Source: Fimbriosthenelais zetlandica
Lineage: Eukaryota
Reading direction: 5' to 3'
NCBI GenBank assembly: GCA_977030845.1
Contig: OZ365118.1
Location: forward strand, 2,976,001-3,040,000
DNA: 64,000 nt
Below are positions 50,101 through 62,168 of the stretch, in pieces. The notes under the pieces are model-generated. The model searched no databases, was not told where the DNA came from, and saw only the letters and a program-made list of their open reading frames with translations. Numbering within the stretch: position 1 is the stretch's first letter; each line of letters starts with the position of its first letter. The position numbers were made by a program, and so were the translations under genes.

Positions 50101-52013
50101 CCAGTCTCTGTGATATAAGAGTTTAGAGGAGCTAGTCCCTGGTCTCATCAGGCAGCATATATAGCCCGAGCTGCTCCGAGCTTATACCAACCCGCCCTAT
50201 CCCCTCACCTCTCACTATCACCCACACAAAACACCCACAATCAATACCTTAGATAATTAATTAATCAACCCCATTCTTATATCTGTCCTCGCTTCTATTG
50301 CTCTAAAAAACACCCAATGGTAATTTCTGTACAGGCGAAAAGCAATGAAGAACATTTATGGCAAGGAGGGAATCTCTGTCAGCTACTGGGGCTCGGGTGA
50401 AAGAGATGATATTTTTGGAGGGCAATTATGACTCTTTAAGTTCATTAACAGAAAAGTTATCCAATCCTTTGATGGATGAACTCGGGTTGAATAGTGACTG
50501 GTGATTTTTAATTGGTCATACGCCGCTAGATGGAGTGAAATCCCATAGATCTGCTCCCATTCATGCCTCATTTCTTTGATGAATCGGTTCAGCTGTGGAG
50601 ATGCGAGACTTTGGATGTGGTCCCACTACATTAGATATCGCTAGCATTTTTCAGCAACTTTCTAAACAAAAAAAACCCAGCGGTTAACCCTTCGACGAAT
50701 AGGCTGGTGAGCAATGGGAACATTTGCTCAGTCTAAGCCTAGCTGCTGGCTTTTTGTAGCTGGTGAATTTTTCATGTGGTTACACCAGAAGATTGAGCAA
50801 TGCTTCCACGAATACCAGCAGCAGCAGCCCGCCAACTGGGCTAGATTAGTGTAATTGCATTGGTGGTGAGAGGAAGGCAATGTGACAAAACGAGCCTCTA
50901 TCAATCCCATGTTGACCTACTAATTGCTGTAAGTGCTCATTACCATCACATGCTACCAAAGCTCGCCTCGTAATTTTTTGCTTGTCCCTCATAAATAATA
51001 CTCACCACAAATCAAATCTAGACTTGCCTACCAGCGTGACATACATTAGAAGCCCAGTGGGGGAAGTATGGAAGCCAGATCCTAAAACAAGCCACTGATT
51101 AAAGCTAATAGACCGCTATCCCACATAATGGCTTCATATCTTATAAATGCAGGTTCCATTATTGCCACGACATACCATTCCTCGTCTATTTCCTGTAGGA
51201 CGACTCTTTTATTGGGTATCTCCAGCTTATACTTTACTGAAGGAGATCTAACCCTACACTCCCCATCTCCTATAGCCGGGTCAGGTGTCAGCCATGATAA
51301 CCTCTCCCTTATCACAACCAGCCCACTTTATCACAGATTTCTTTTGCTGCTTTCCTCTCAAGTTGCAGCGAAGAAAATAGTCGGGTATGGAGGAGCATTG
51401 CTTCTCCTATTGCGGCCCCTTTCTGCCACTGATAACCTAACACCCAGGCCTGCATGTCAACTAACACCAACAATTTACTGCTCAAGTTGGCTGTATAAAG
51501 TGAGCATGCGGAGGCCCGGGCCACCCGATCCCCCCACAAATGGTGGCCGCATAAAAAGCAATGGCACCACATGGAACATGAAAGTAAGATGGAAATGGAT
51601 TTATTTCCCCCCTTTCTCTGGAGAAGGCCTCGTGCCGTCGAGTGGCCAGCTAGGGTTCTATTGTCATTGGGGCTGAGATATAAAGGTAGGGTTCCCCGTG
51701 CTGGGGGAGGCCCGCCCCAGCTGGGCATTGTTGGTGATGTTGTTGGTGTTGGATGTTGCTCCCCTACTCTTCTTCTGGGTTGTGCTTTCACATCTGAAAC
51801 CATTTCCATTTAAAATAAAATTGCCCTTGAGTGTTCTATACATATGGGTTTTTGTTATCTGCAGATCTTGCACCATATCCTTTAGCCTTATGTTCACTGG
51901 GCCATTTTCTTGACAGTCATGACTTCGCCCTGTCAATTGCCCATTAGCATACTGGCTTTAACTACCTTTAGGTCATGGTGACGTGAAGTCATGGTGACTT
52001 GAGGTCATTGTGT

Positions 52014-52192
52014 GTTAGAGTAGAGAGCAGCTAAGTGAAGCAGTATTGTTTTTGTGAGTATTGGTCAGTGTGGGTTAGAGTAGAGAGCAGCTAAGTGAAG
52101 CAGTATTGTTTTTGTGAGTATTGGTCAGTGTGGGTTAGAGTAGAGAGCAGCTAAGTGAAGCAGTATTGTTTTTGTGAGTATTGGTCAGTGTG
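52014..52192. repeat. 60-bp exact tandem repeat x3
   Basis: GTTAGAGTAGAGAGCAGCTAAGTGAAGCAGTATTGTTTTTGTGAGTATTGGTCAGTGTGG x3, identical. Confidence 0.96.
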
Positions 52193-52530
52193 ATAGTGGA
52201 TGGAGGGTGGGTGAGGGATGAGTCTGAGATAGCCACTCCCTGACCAGGACACCTTACTGTGAGGTTATCCATCATGTCCCCCTATCATCCTCTCTCTAAC
52301 CCCACTCTCACCATCCATCTTTATAATCTATTATAGACACCCTCCATCCCTCCACTACCACATGGTCGCCATCAACTCAAAAACCCCCAATATTAAATAT
52401 AATAGAGAATAGTGAATGGTTAACTAATATAATTATCAGGGTATTCGGTTTACCACTGGTCTGAGAGTGCCCCCCCCCCTTCCTGACCCTCCCGTCTTAA
52501 ACAATTCATCATCTTGGATCGCCTGCCTTG

Positions 52531-52589
52531 GTTGCCATGGAAACAAAGTCACCAAAGGTGCATACAGCAACAGGCCGGATCCGGAAGTG
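52531..52589. promoter_or_regulatory. RFX X-box plus ETS site cluster
   Basis: GTTGCCATGGAAAC (52531-52544) fits the X-box consensus; CCGGAAGTG (52581-52589) fits the ETS consensus. Motif match only. Confidence 0.45.
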
Positions 52590-55500
52590 GAGCAGAGACA
52601 TAGATGTGTCGTCTGAGGTCCGGGAGCGAGGCTGTCCTGAAAGGATGGGGCTTTAAAGGAACAAAACGTGGCCACATAATCAATTAAAGTGGTAGAGAAA
52701 AGAGTTAGCTTTTCCTCTTCCTACAATCATCAATATCATTACTCTCTAGAGCTAATACTAGGAGTAGCTCTCGAGCTAAAGGTGAAGAACTGAGCTATAT
52801 TGCTCATATTGGCTTATGGGAAATGGAGGAATGTTGTGTACATCTGAAAAGATCCATCTGTCCTTTCAATCCATTGTTTCAGTCCCATCTATATTGCTGC
52901 CATCTCATGAGAAGATTGTATAAATTATGTGAAGTTGGTTTAGCAAATGTTGCTGTACCATTGGTGATGACTGCTCCAGGTCTCACATACTGTGAATAGG
53001 TCGACGGTAAGGAGGTTCAGTATAGAGTAAATATATGTGTCTGTAAGCATGCCTTCCTCTCCTATAGACGCCCTATAGTGAGGACACTGTTGCTGCTGCA
53101 GGCCCGACCAGGGGCCCAAGTGATGGCCACTGTAATGGGGCAGGACATTAGATAGGCTACAAGGCCAGTCACTCACACCTGTGTCAAAGACATGCCAATT
53201 CTGGTCACTCAACCAACCTAAAGAATGAATATCCCCTGCTATCTATAGGCAGGGCATTGGATCAGTAGAAAGGCCGGCCAATTTTCGAGGCCATGTTCTC
53301 CGGGCAATCTCTACATTGGCTTCACCAGTCAGGCCAGCAAAGACCTATAGGCCTAGACTATCAGCTCCCCCAAACGTCAAATAACACGGCCATTTTTTTT
53401 CCTGGAAAATAAGCTGAGCAAATATTTTTGTGCAACTCTCCTTGAAGAATTTGCTATTAAACCATCCAACCATCTCGCTTGATAAAACACACTACATTAG
53501 CAAAACCCAAAATGCCCGATTCCTTATATGATCTATATGATTACAAATTGCCTCAAGAAGTTAACCCCTATATGCCACTTGTACTTTGAACTCCAAGTCT
53601 TTCCATGTCTATTCCGTAAGACATTCAATCAACATTGCCAATGTAATGCTCACGTTTACCTCCCTGCATCAACACTTTTTTCACTAAGGATTCTCAGCCA
53701 CTTCCTGGCTGCAGGGGTAGTTCCCTTTAACTGGAGAATCTATATGTCTGAGGAAATAAGACAGGGTAATCCCTCCTGGAGCCAGCAGGCCTAACGTAGA
53801 AAGTCATAGCTGATCGTTACTAGTCTGATTAGCGTGTTGTTTGGGAGGACAAATTTCCACAAACCTTTACTGTGTCTTTCCTCTTTCTCAAACTCACGCC
53901 CCATCAACTTGATTATCTGTTTTACTCCTCCTCAAGTAAGGAAGCAATCTTTCAGGGGGAACCCACCCATTCGTGATGTATAAAGGATTTGCCCAAGCTT
54001 GCCTCGCAGTCACCAATCTTTTCTAAAACCTACAGCCACAGTACTAAACAAAAAACCCGGGATATGTTTTTATTTTCGGTTGTTAGAATCGACGGTTGGT
54101 AAGAAGTGCCAGCGCATCTTCACTCTCCATAGAGCACACACGATATCTCCAGCTTTTCTCCCCAAGTAAACTTTACCATTTTCTCCTCCCTTGCTCATTT
54201 TGTCTAAAGAAGGCATAAATATTTACTTCCCAGGCAGCAAACTTGTGCCATACTTCCACAAGTAGTTTCCTCTCCCGGACCCAGAAGTGGATATTCCTGG
54301 TACGTTGGTGGATGAGGGGATAATAAAGAAAGGCATAAGGAGAGGTGGAAGTGGAGGGAAGGTGTTGGGAGGAGGGGGATATTTTCCACCAGACCCATTC
54401 TGCCTGTTTAGTATAGGATTAGGTGTGGCTAACTTTGGACAATGTGGAGATGAACAAAACTCCCAGCGTCTGCTCCCCAGACCCTTCTAAATCATCTCAC
54501 AGCTTATATGCAGTCTAAGGCATCCTCAGGAAGAGTCAATAGATGTGTTTAATTATATGGGTTATGTGGGAACCCACAGCCAATCTAATAGACTATCCTT
54601 CAAGCTCAGCAAGATTGAGGAGCAATGGTCTCTTTTTCTATTAAAAATTTGATGTGCAGTTCATCCATTTGCGAGACAAACTAGAAATGAACACCGCATC
54701 TTGACACATCCATTTTTATTATCGCTGTATAGTTGTTGGCCAAGTTTAAACAATGTTCTGCCCCCCTCCACCGCCTCCTCCAGTCCAATGTTCCTGCCTA
54801 TATAGAGAGAGACTGAGCATTATACCAGATGACACAAGATAGATACCAGTGAGAAAGATTGATTAGAATGTAGCTGTCCCCGTCAGTCTGCCTCCTTTCT
54901 CTATCCTTATCATCCGATGTTGGCGGGCTAAATGTTGCCATCTAGGAGCCCTGCCTATAAGCTTTTGTCTTGTACCAATGCCCCACGAGGTCCCCAACAA
55001 TGGGACTGATTAATATGACAAAGGTCACAGGACCTTGTCAGAATTAATTGGGTCAAAGGTCATCAAGACTCGGCAAATGGAACATGGGAATGGCTCCACG
55101 CGGACGGAGCTTCTTTGGTGTGATAAGCCTATACGTATTCACCGAGGAGTATATTTATTCATCTCCTCCAACCAAGCAGCACTCCGACATGAGAAAGCCT
55201 CATAGGGGAGCAGAACTCATTGTTATATTTATTGTCTCAGCAGAACAGACACGGCTGCTCTTGTAATTCAAAGCGCCATTGTTTTTCATTATTCTCTCCC
55301 CTCTTTGAAATCTCCCTCTTTGCTGCCTGTTTCAGCTTGATAGGTTTCTTTGTGACTGTCTTCCAGCTCACAGGAGAACTTTTAGAGGGAAACAAATATC
55401 AGAGATAGAAACATCGGCTGGTCGTAGTCTCCGGTGATTGGAATCTTTTTATTTGTCGGACCTCTGGGAGGAGAGGGTGGGGGCGAGCAGGACAATCCGT

Positions 55501-56707
55501 GTCCCGGCCGGGGTACGGATTGTATGACAGGCTCCAGATAAATGCATATCTGAAGTTGAAGATAAGGCATCATCCTTATTCTCTGATAAAAGATGACTTG
55601 TGTTTCTCAATGGAAGCAGCTTGTGGGAGGAGAAAGTGGAGGAGTTAGAGACATTGGTGGTCTGATAGGAGGAAGGCTGGATACTGCAGTGGTCTCCGCT
55701 CTCACTCCCAAACACAAGACCTGTTTAATCTGCACACAAACAGGCACAAAGATTAGTATGATCGATGCTGGTAGGGAGGGGAAAGAGAAGAGGAAAAAAC
55801 GGGGTGTAGGAAGGAGGGCGAGGCCGTATTGTCTCAGCATTGTGATGCTATCTCCACCTGGCTTGTAATGTTCATCTGATAACAACCAGGGCAAAGAAAC
55901 AATTCATAAGATCTATCTCGATAGGAAATAAATGGATGCCACACAGTTACTAGGCCCCCGCTTTACAGAAATTCAATTGAAGTCTCTTTCCTAGTACAAA
56001 GTGACTGTTGAATGAAGGATCCAGGGTCGCCGTGCCTGATGGGGCATCTAGAACATCTCCCACACACTCTGCTAATGATAACCTCCACGGGCTCGGAATT
56101 AGATTTGAATTCCAAGAGAAACTTTTGGTCTTTGACACCTCTTTGAAATTTGATATGTGATGGAACCTTCCCCTGTGACAAAGGTACGAATACAAATGAT
56201 AAAATCCACAGTTTCTTTGTCTGATTTTGATCCTGGGAGTGCCATTTGTTAAGGCAATAGTAATACACTAACGGTTCTATTGCCATCATAAATAAACCCA
56301 ATGTAACAGTCCATCACTGGGAATGGGACATTTGTTTTACCTTCACTTCTATTTCCCGACCTTTTTTTCCGATTTTATTCATTAATAAATAAGCATAGCA
56401 GTGTAAAGATGTCCAGATTTGATGGGGTGATATTTTTTTCTCACGGTAATTGAAAAGTCCATGAAATACCTCACGAAACAAACATCCATGGAGATATTTC
56501 TCAGCCGGAGACAACAGGCGTTGGGATGTAATTAATAGTTCCCCCTGAGCCTTCAGATTCCTGTGGAATTTGACGTATCTTTCCATCAGATCGCATCCAT
56601 TTTAATATTCAACTCAAATAAATTTGCATGCACAAGTTCTTCTCTGGATTTCCCCGGGGGGTTGATTGATGGTGCGCCTAGTTGTTATAGAGGAAGTGTC
56701 TCCACCA

Positions 56708-56762
56708 CTCCCAGCCTCCTCCCAGCCTCCTCCCAGCCTCCTCCCAGCCTCCTCCCAGCCTC
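56708..56762. repeat. 11-bp tandem repeat x5
   Basis: CTCCCAGCCTC x5. Confidence 0.92.
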
Positions 56763-59700
56763 CCCCCGCCATCCAGTTATTAACGGACTAATCCCTGGGT
56801 GGCCATGTTGGACCTGGGCCGGATGTTGCGTCACAGCCTATTGGTTGTACATGTTGTGGAAGGAGGTCGTGCTTGAGACAGCCATGCTATTGTAAATAAG
56901 ACTTTCTGATCCAATCCCTCCACTGTCAATATGACAGCGTGAGCTAGGCTATCCTCCACAGATAATTAATCTCCTATCCGATGACACCCCCCAATTGCCT
57001 TTTGTAGATCCAATGACCATCGTTTGAATTGCTCCAGTCTCTCCCTTGCCATTCTCCCCACATCACGGACTCGGACTACCTCCTGAATGACCCTGCCAGT
57101 TGGTCATTTTGATGAGTCCACCTGTAGCCTTGTCATTGGAAGCCCCCCCCCCCAAAAAAAAAAATAAAAAAATTCCGGACCAAAATTCACACAATTCCTG
57201 ATTTTCCTCAGAAAATATAGAGCTTGAAGGAAGTAGATTGTTTGATGGTGAAAGAATAAGATCTGGTAACATGACAGAATGGTAAATTATGGATATCACA
57301 GTGACAGGACGATCCTGTCGCGGGCCAATTATGTGGCTCTACCTTTGACCCCACTCTACCCAGATACAAATTGCATCTCCACAAATCACTGTCAATACAT
57401 TTGGGTCAAGCTTTTCCCGTGGAGAGCCCTCCACCCCTACATGCCGGCTGACTGGAGCATGATTGAGCAACAGGAGAATTGCTCTTTTCTTGAGGAGCTT
57501 TCAATGGCCGGGAGAGAGGAGGTAATTTTCTGCTCTGCCACCTTCGTCATAACCGTTTTAGATGGCAGACTTCATGTCCCATTCGTCAAGTCTCTAGAAG
57601 GCACGATGCTCGAGGCTGCGGTCTCTGAGCCACCTCCTTCACACCTTCCCTACACATTAAATATTGAAATGTTTAAGATTAAAGCATGAGGTATATTAAT
57701 ATAAAGGACCCCCTCCTTCTCTTAACAGACGCTGACCTTGATAAAGATGCTTTTCTCCTGGTAAAGGTGTGTTTTTATGGGATGTTATTAATGAGTAGCC
57801 TCGGTAATGAAGCATCTTTTAGGGGCCTTTCAATGAGGCATCTTAAAGACTATAGTGACGCCATGCCTGCTCTGATCCATTCATGCCATTATGAGGCGAT
57901 AGTCGAGGCCCACTACCGACAACACACTCATTTGCCTGGGAAAGCTTTTAACAGCGACCTCCCTCCCTCTCCCTCCCTCTCCCCCTCCCCCCCGCCTTCA
58001 CTGGTATATGTAAGCTTATGTATAAAGTTTCACATGAAGTCTCCAAAGGATGTGACTTATAAAAACTGGGTATAAAATGTATTGTATAAGAGGAGAGGCA
58101 CATTAATGAATAGCGTCTTCTTTGCTGTGTTAAATACAATGACACCTGATTCTCAGAGTCGGCTTTATTTCAATTTGTACAACATAAAATGTGAGTCTAA
58201 CAGGTAGAAATGCTCGCATTGTAGATCCTGCTGAGATGAATTTTAATTTCAAATACAGTATAAATACTTGACAGTTCTTGTATTACTGAGAAGCATAAGG
58301 AAGTAATGAAGTATAAGGAAACAATGAAGTAACTTAAGGAAAATAGTTCTGACTAATCCCATACTTGACAGTGATACAAATAATGCTTAGAAGCTATTAA
58401 TGTGGCATTGTTAAAGGCCATATAATGCATGGTTACCCATCTGACATAGCTGTGGTGATGTAGAATGAATTGTTACTTGTCAACTCTGGACTTTCATCAT
58501 TGGATCAATGTCAGATCTCATGTCATATTATCTCCTAATCAACCCCAGTGGACATCTCTCATTGTAACTCTGTTACATTACATAATCCACCTGTTTATAC
58601 ATCCAATCAGTCATATTACCAGCCAGCATTGACTCTCACTGCACTGGGTGGCTTTATTACGTAATATTACATCATGTAATACTCTCACATTCCCCCATTA
58701 AGCTTTAAGGGTGTTGGAGACCAGCTGGTGAGCTTGTACTATAGCTGTAGCTGGCTTACCCACCAAGTATGGCATGTTCTGGTAGCACCCACTTATCCCG
58801 GCTAATCCCGCTTATGGCTTACTTACATGCAGCTTATATACCATACATCATGCTGGGAACCCATATCCTTCCTAATCATTTTGGAAACCCTTAAGGCTGA
58901 ATACTTACCCAATCCTTTAATGCTCAGAAAAGTGAATATATTTGAATTCTAATCCTCTTTATGCAAAATTGCTTAGGCTTTCACAGCCCACCTTTGCCCT
59001 TTAGGAATAATCAAATAGCAGTAATGTAGGTAAGCGGGGTAAATCAGCTGAGATAACTTTGTACACTGACAGTAATTTGTGAGGGAATGTGTGCATGTGG
59101 TACCAGCTCATGTGAAGGTGATGGCATCGAGGGTCAGTAGCTTCAGTAATTCTGTCATTACGACTTCAACGTGAAGCCTTGGTTTGAAGCGCCTTGGCAG
59201 TTGACTGGGGCCTGAGAATGGACCCAGGTAGGCCTAAATGGTGGCAGATTTATTACTTATTCTGACGGGTTGACGAGAGTGGCTCATTCATTATATGACA
59301 TATGAAGGGATGTGATTTACTCCCACCGACTCCTCCACACACTCCGATGATTCTATAAGCTCTCTCTCTGGTGAAATGTGATAAAGTATTCACCAGGCTT
59401 CCCACCATGGCAAACACTGGAGTTAGAAGGAATGAGCCTCCTAGGTGTAGTACTGGGAATGACCGGCGGGAGGGGGTGGGGGGTGGGGGGGGGGGCGGGG
59501 AGGGGGGGGGGGAGCCGAGGGACAGCTGTGTGTAATATAAGTAGTCTAGTGGTCAAGGCCGACAGTGATGGCAAGGTGGACCTCCGCCTCAAAAAAACCT
59601 TGACACTTATTCCGACAAGAATCTAGTTTCAACCTCAGCTGTTTAAATCGTGCATACATCCTAAGCCTACTTTTGTAGGGGGATTCCACCATCCCTGAGG

Positions 59701-61940
59701 ATGGGATTTCTCCAGCTTTCCATTAGATATATAATAGAGAGGTGCTGCTCATTCACTGCCAGCCACCCCTTGCCTCTGAGAGTGGCGCCTGCCCTGTATT
59801 CAGACCCATCAAGTGATGATAATTAGCGATAAAAGCCCAGGCCCACACATAGGTTAGCTGCAGGAAGACCCGATGCAAGCATCGCATGCTAAACACTTAT
59901 CTCTCAGTGAATTGGGTCGTTTGCGATGCCATTTCCAGACATAAACAGGCTAATAGGACTAGTGATCCTTAGATTGGAAAGCCTGGGACATGGGAGAGAG
60001 ACTGGCACCATCCGGGATTCTATCCCTGCTTTAGATCCCAGTAATATCTACTGACGATTATAAAGACTAATATTGGTGGGCCTGATGAGAATCTATCCCC
60101 CTCCCGAGTCTATTTAGGATCTCCACTATGCTGGAGATCAAGCGGAGTCCGATATGTGAATGGCGGACATGGCTGACGTTTGGAACCCACTGAAATAGAC
60201 TGATGACTCTACTATAGGACGCTGGTGGCCATTTGAAATCCATTTGGTGATAAAATCTAATGTAATGCACTATGTTGGATTCCCGACCACACATTTGACA
60301 AGATTGTGGGCAGTGATTCCTAGTGGACTTTATCATATATGATGGCTTGTTATGGACCATTATCAATATTGAATATGCAATAAGTGCATGTTAAGGTAAT
60401 CCAATCAACTCATGGCTCATCCTAAATCTCACTCTGTTTTTCATATAAATGCCCCCCCCCCCCCCAAGCTGCACCGATTCACATAGTCATTGTTGAACTT
60501 GTTTGGTGCAAATCTGTGTACAATTCCATACAAATGCTTAACAATTACATATATAACTTTTGTTGTTTTGATCAAAAATCTAGATTTGAAAATGGGGATT
60601 TGTTCATATTGAAACATTTGGAAGTGTTTAATATCCGTCCCATAACCAGTGCATTTCATCTAATACAAATGTAATCAAGAATGTTCCAGTTGGCGATTGG
60701 CAATAATTTGAAAGTGATATTACCTTTAATAAAATAGAACTATCTGTTTCAATCTTATCTTCCCATTGTTTTGGACTAATCATCTCTGGGGGTGTGAATG
60801 ACCTGACGTCCCGTTTTTTTGCAATTTTCCTGTCTTCGCGTCCAATAAATCTCTTAAGTTTCTCTCCTTTTCAATGAGACTGTTGATTGCCTTCTCAAGA
60901 TCATCTAGCTTGTGAAGAAATTCTCCTATAAATGCACAATAAATGACAAAGTATATTGAAAGCGACTATATATATATGCATTCCTGTCTCCTGATAACAA
61001 ATGCCAACACAAAACTGTACAGGCGAAAACATTGTCATTTTACATGCAATGGATGAAGTTTAATCTGTTGAATTTGAGGACCATGAGTATGCTCTGATGT
61101 ATATTTTCTGCCATGATTTCCTCCATTGACTTGCATAAATGTGGCAAAAAATAACAAATTTTTGAAATTTCTAGAAGTTTAAAACTTATTTTGACTGTGG
61201 GTGGAGTAGCTGTTGGTAGGATCAGCTTAATTTGTTAAGAATATCACCTTACAGTGGTGGAGGTGTGGATTTGAACACATCTGGTAGGGAAACTCCACTC
61301 TACCTCACGCAACCCAGTGATATGCATCCACCTAGCCCTCTATCACACGTAATCTATGGATTAACTATAAGGCAGGGACTAATAACCTTGATCAAGGACA
61401 CCAATCCTACCTCCCCCTCTCATCTCTATACATGTTACAGTTATTAACAGGCCTTGGCTTGTTTAGATCCCGCCTCACAGATTGATTAATATGTCTGTTA
61501 ATAATCAATGTTTTACCTTCCCCCTCTCTGATGTAATGTACAGTCAAGATTAAGACCATGGCCTTTGCCATCCACCATCCTTATCCCCCTGGTATTATCC
61601 TAGATTTGCTTTATCGTTGTCTACGCAGATTAGAGCTTAAGTGCATGGGATATAAGAAAAAAATTAATTGCTCGCGCACATAAAAATGTCTCGTAGGATA
61701 TGGTTGCTGGGGGTCATGAAGATGTCTGTGCATTGAAGTATTACTTAAGATCATGTTCACGAGTTTGATTCAATTTGTGGAGGTGTCTGTAATAATAATA
61801 AATCAACTCAGCCTCTTTTTACATCGAGTCTCAGGACGTTTTGTTATGCCAGCCACGTCCATTAATTGCCGTCGTGTACCCGCTTTTCCTGAGGATTTAC
61901 CAACAATTAATCAGTTGTCTTTTTCTTTTATTAATTGCAG

Positions 61941-62168
61941 CATCCGCAAGCTTGCAGTTCGATGCTGAACCATACCCTTACCACTCCACCACCACCCCCA
62001 CCTCCTCCCTCGGGCCACCATCGGATGACGTCATCAAGCGGGGGATCACGTGAGCCACTACCAGCCTATCAGCTGCCCCCTGCTCCGCCGCCTCCTAGTG
62101 GCTTCAACCGTCAACAAAACGACGGAGGCGCAGGTCAAGCATGGGCGCTCACCCAGAGAGAATTAGAG
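61941..62168 (+). CDS. Pcdh: Probable second coding exon of the protocadherin: Pro-rich cytoplasmic segment (76 aa, HPQACSSMLNHTLTTPPPPPPPPSGHHR...LPAYQLPPAPPPPSG...LTQRELE)
   Basis: Acceptor TTTTTCTTTTATTAATTGCAG|CAT and donor TTAGAG|GTGAGT. Length 228 nt, phase 0 at both ends, in frame with the 14086 donor. GC/CpG-richer than flanks. The poly-Pro run uses mixed codons (CCA CCA CCA CCC CCA CCT CCT CCC), as expected for coding sequence. Linkage to the Pcdh exon is inferred from phase and content. Confidence 0.72.

Larger units (their letters stand above)
14087..61940 (+). other. Large GT-AG intron (47,854 nt, phase 0) of the protocadherin
   Basis: Bounded by GTGAGT (14087) and a polypyrimidine tract plus CAG (61940). 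No long ORF or nested gene was recognised inside. Confidence 0.68.

Noticed and set aside
51698-51913. Hydrophobic 71-aa ORF resembling a signal or TM peptide
   Set aside because: Derives from T-rich sequence with a non-ATG start and no homology I recognise.
46171-52192. CRISPR-like arrays (30-bp and 60-bp repeats)
   Set aside because: Repeats are head-to-tail with no unique spacers, there are no cas genes, and the context is eukaryotic.
60280-60330. Minus-strand CPQSCQMC resembling the end of an ShKT domain
   Set aside because: The first three ShKT cysteines are missing, splice sites are weak and no partner exon was found. Probably chance.
14087-61940. Recursive-splicing ratchet points (AG|GT) in the long intron
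   Set aside because: Candidates (19302, 39896, 45059, 49079) have either a weak acceptor or a weak donor. None fits YnCAG|GTRAG well.
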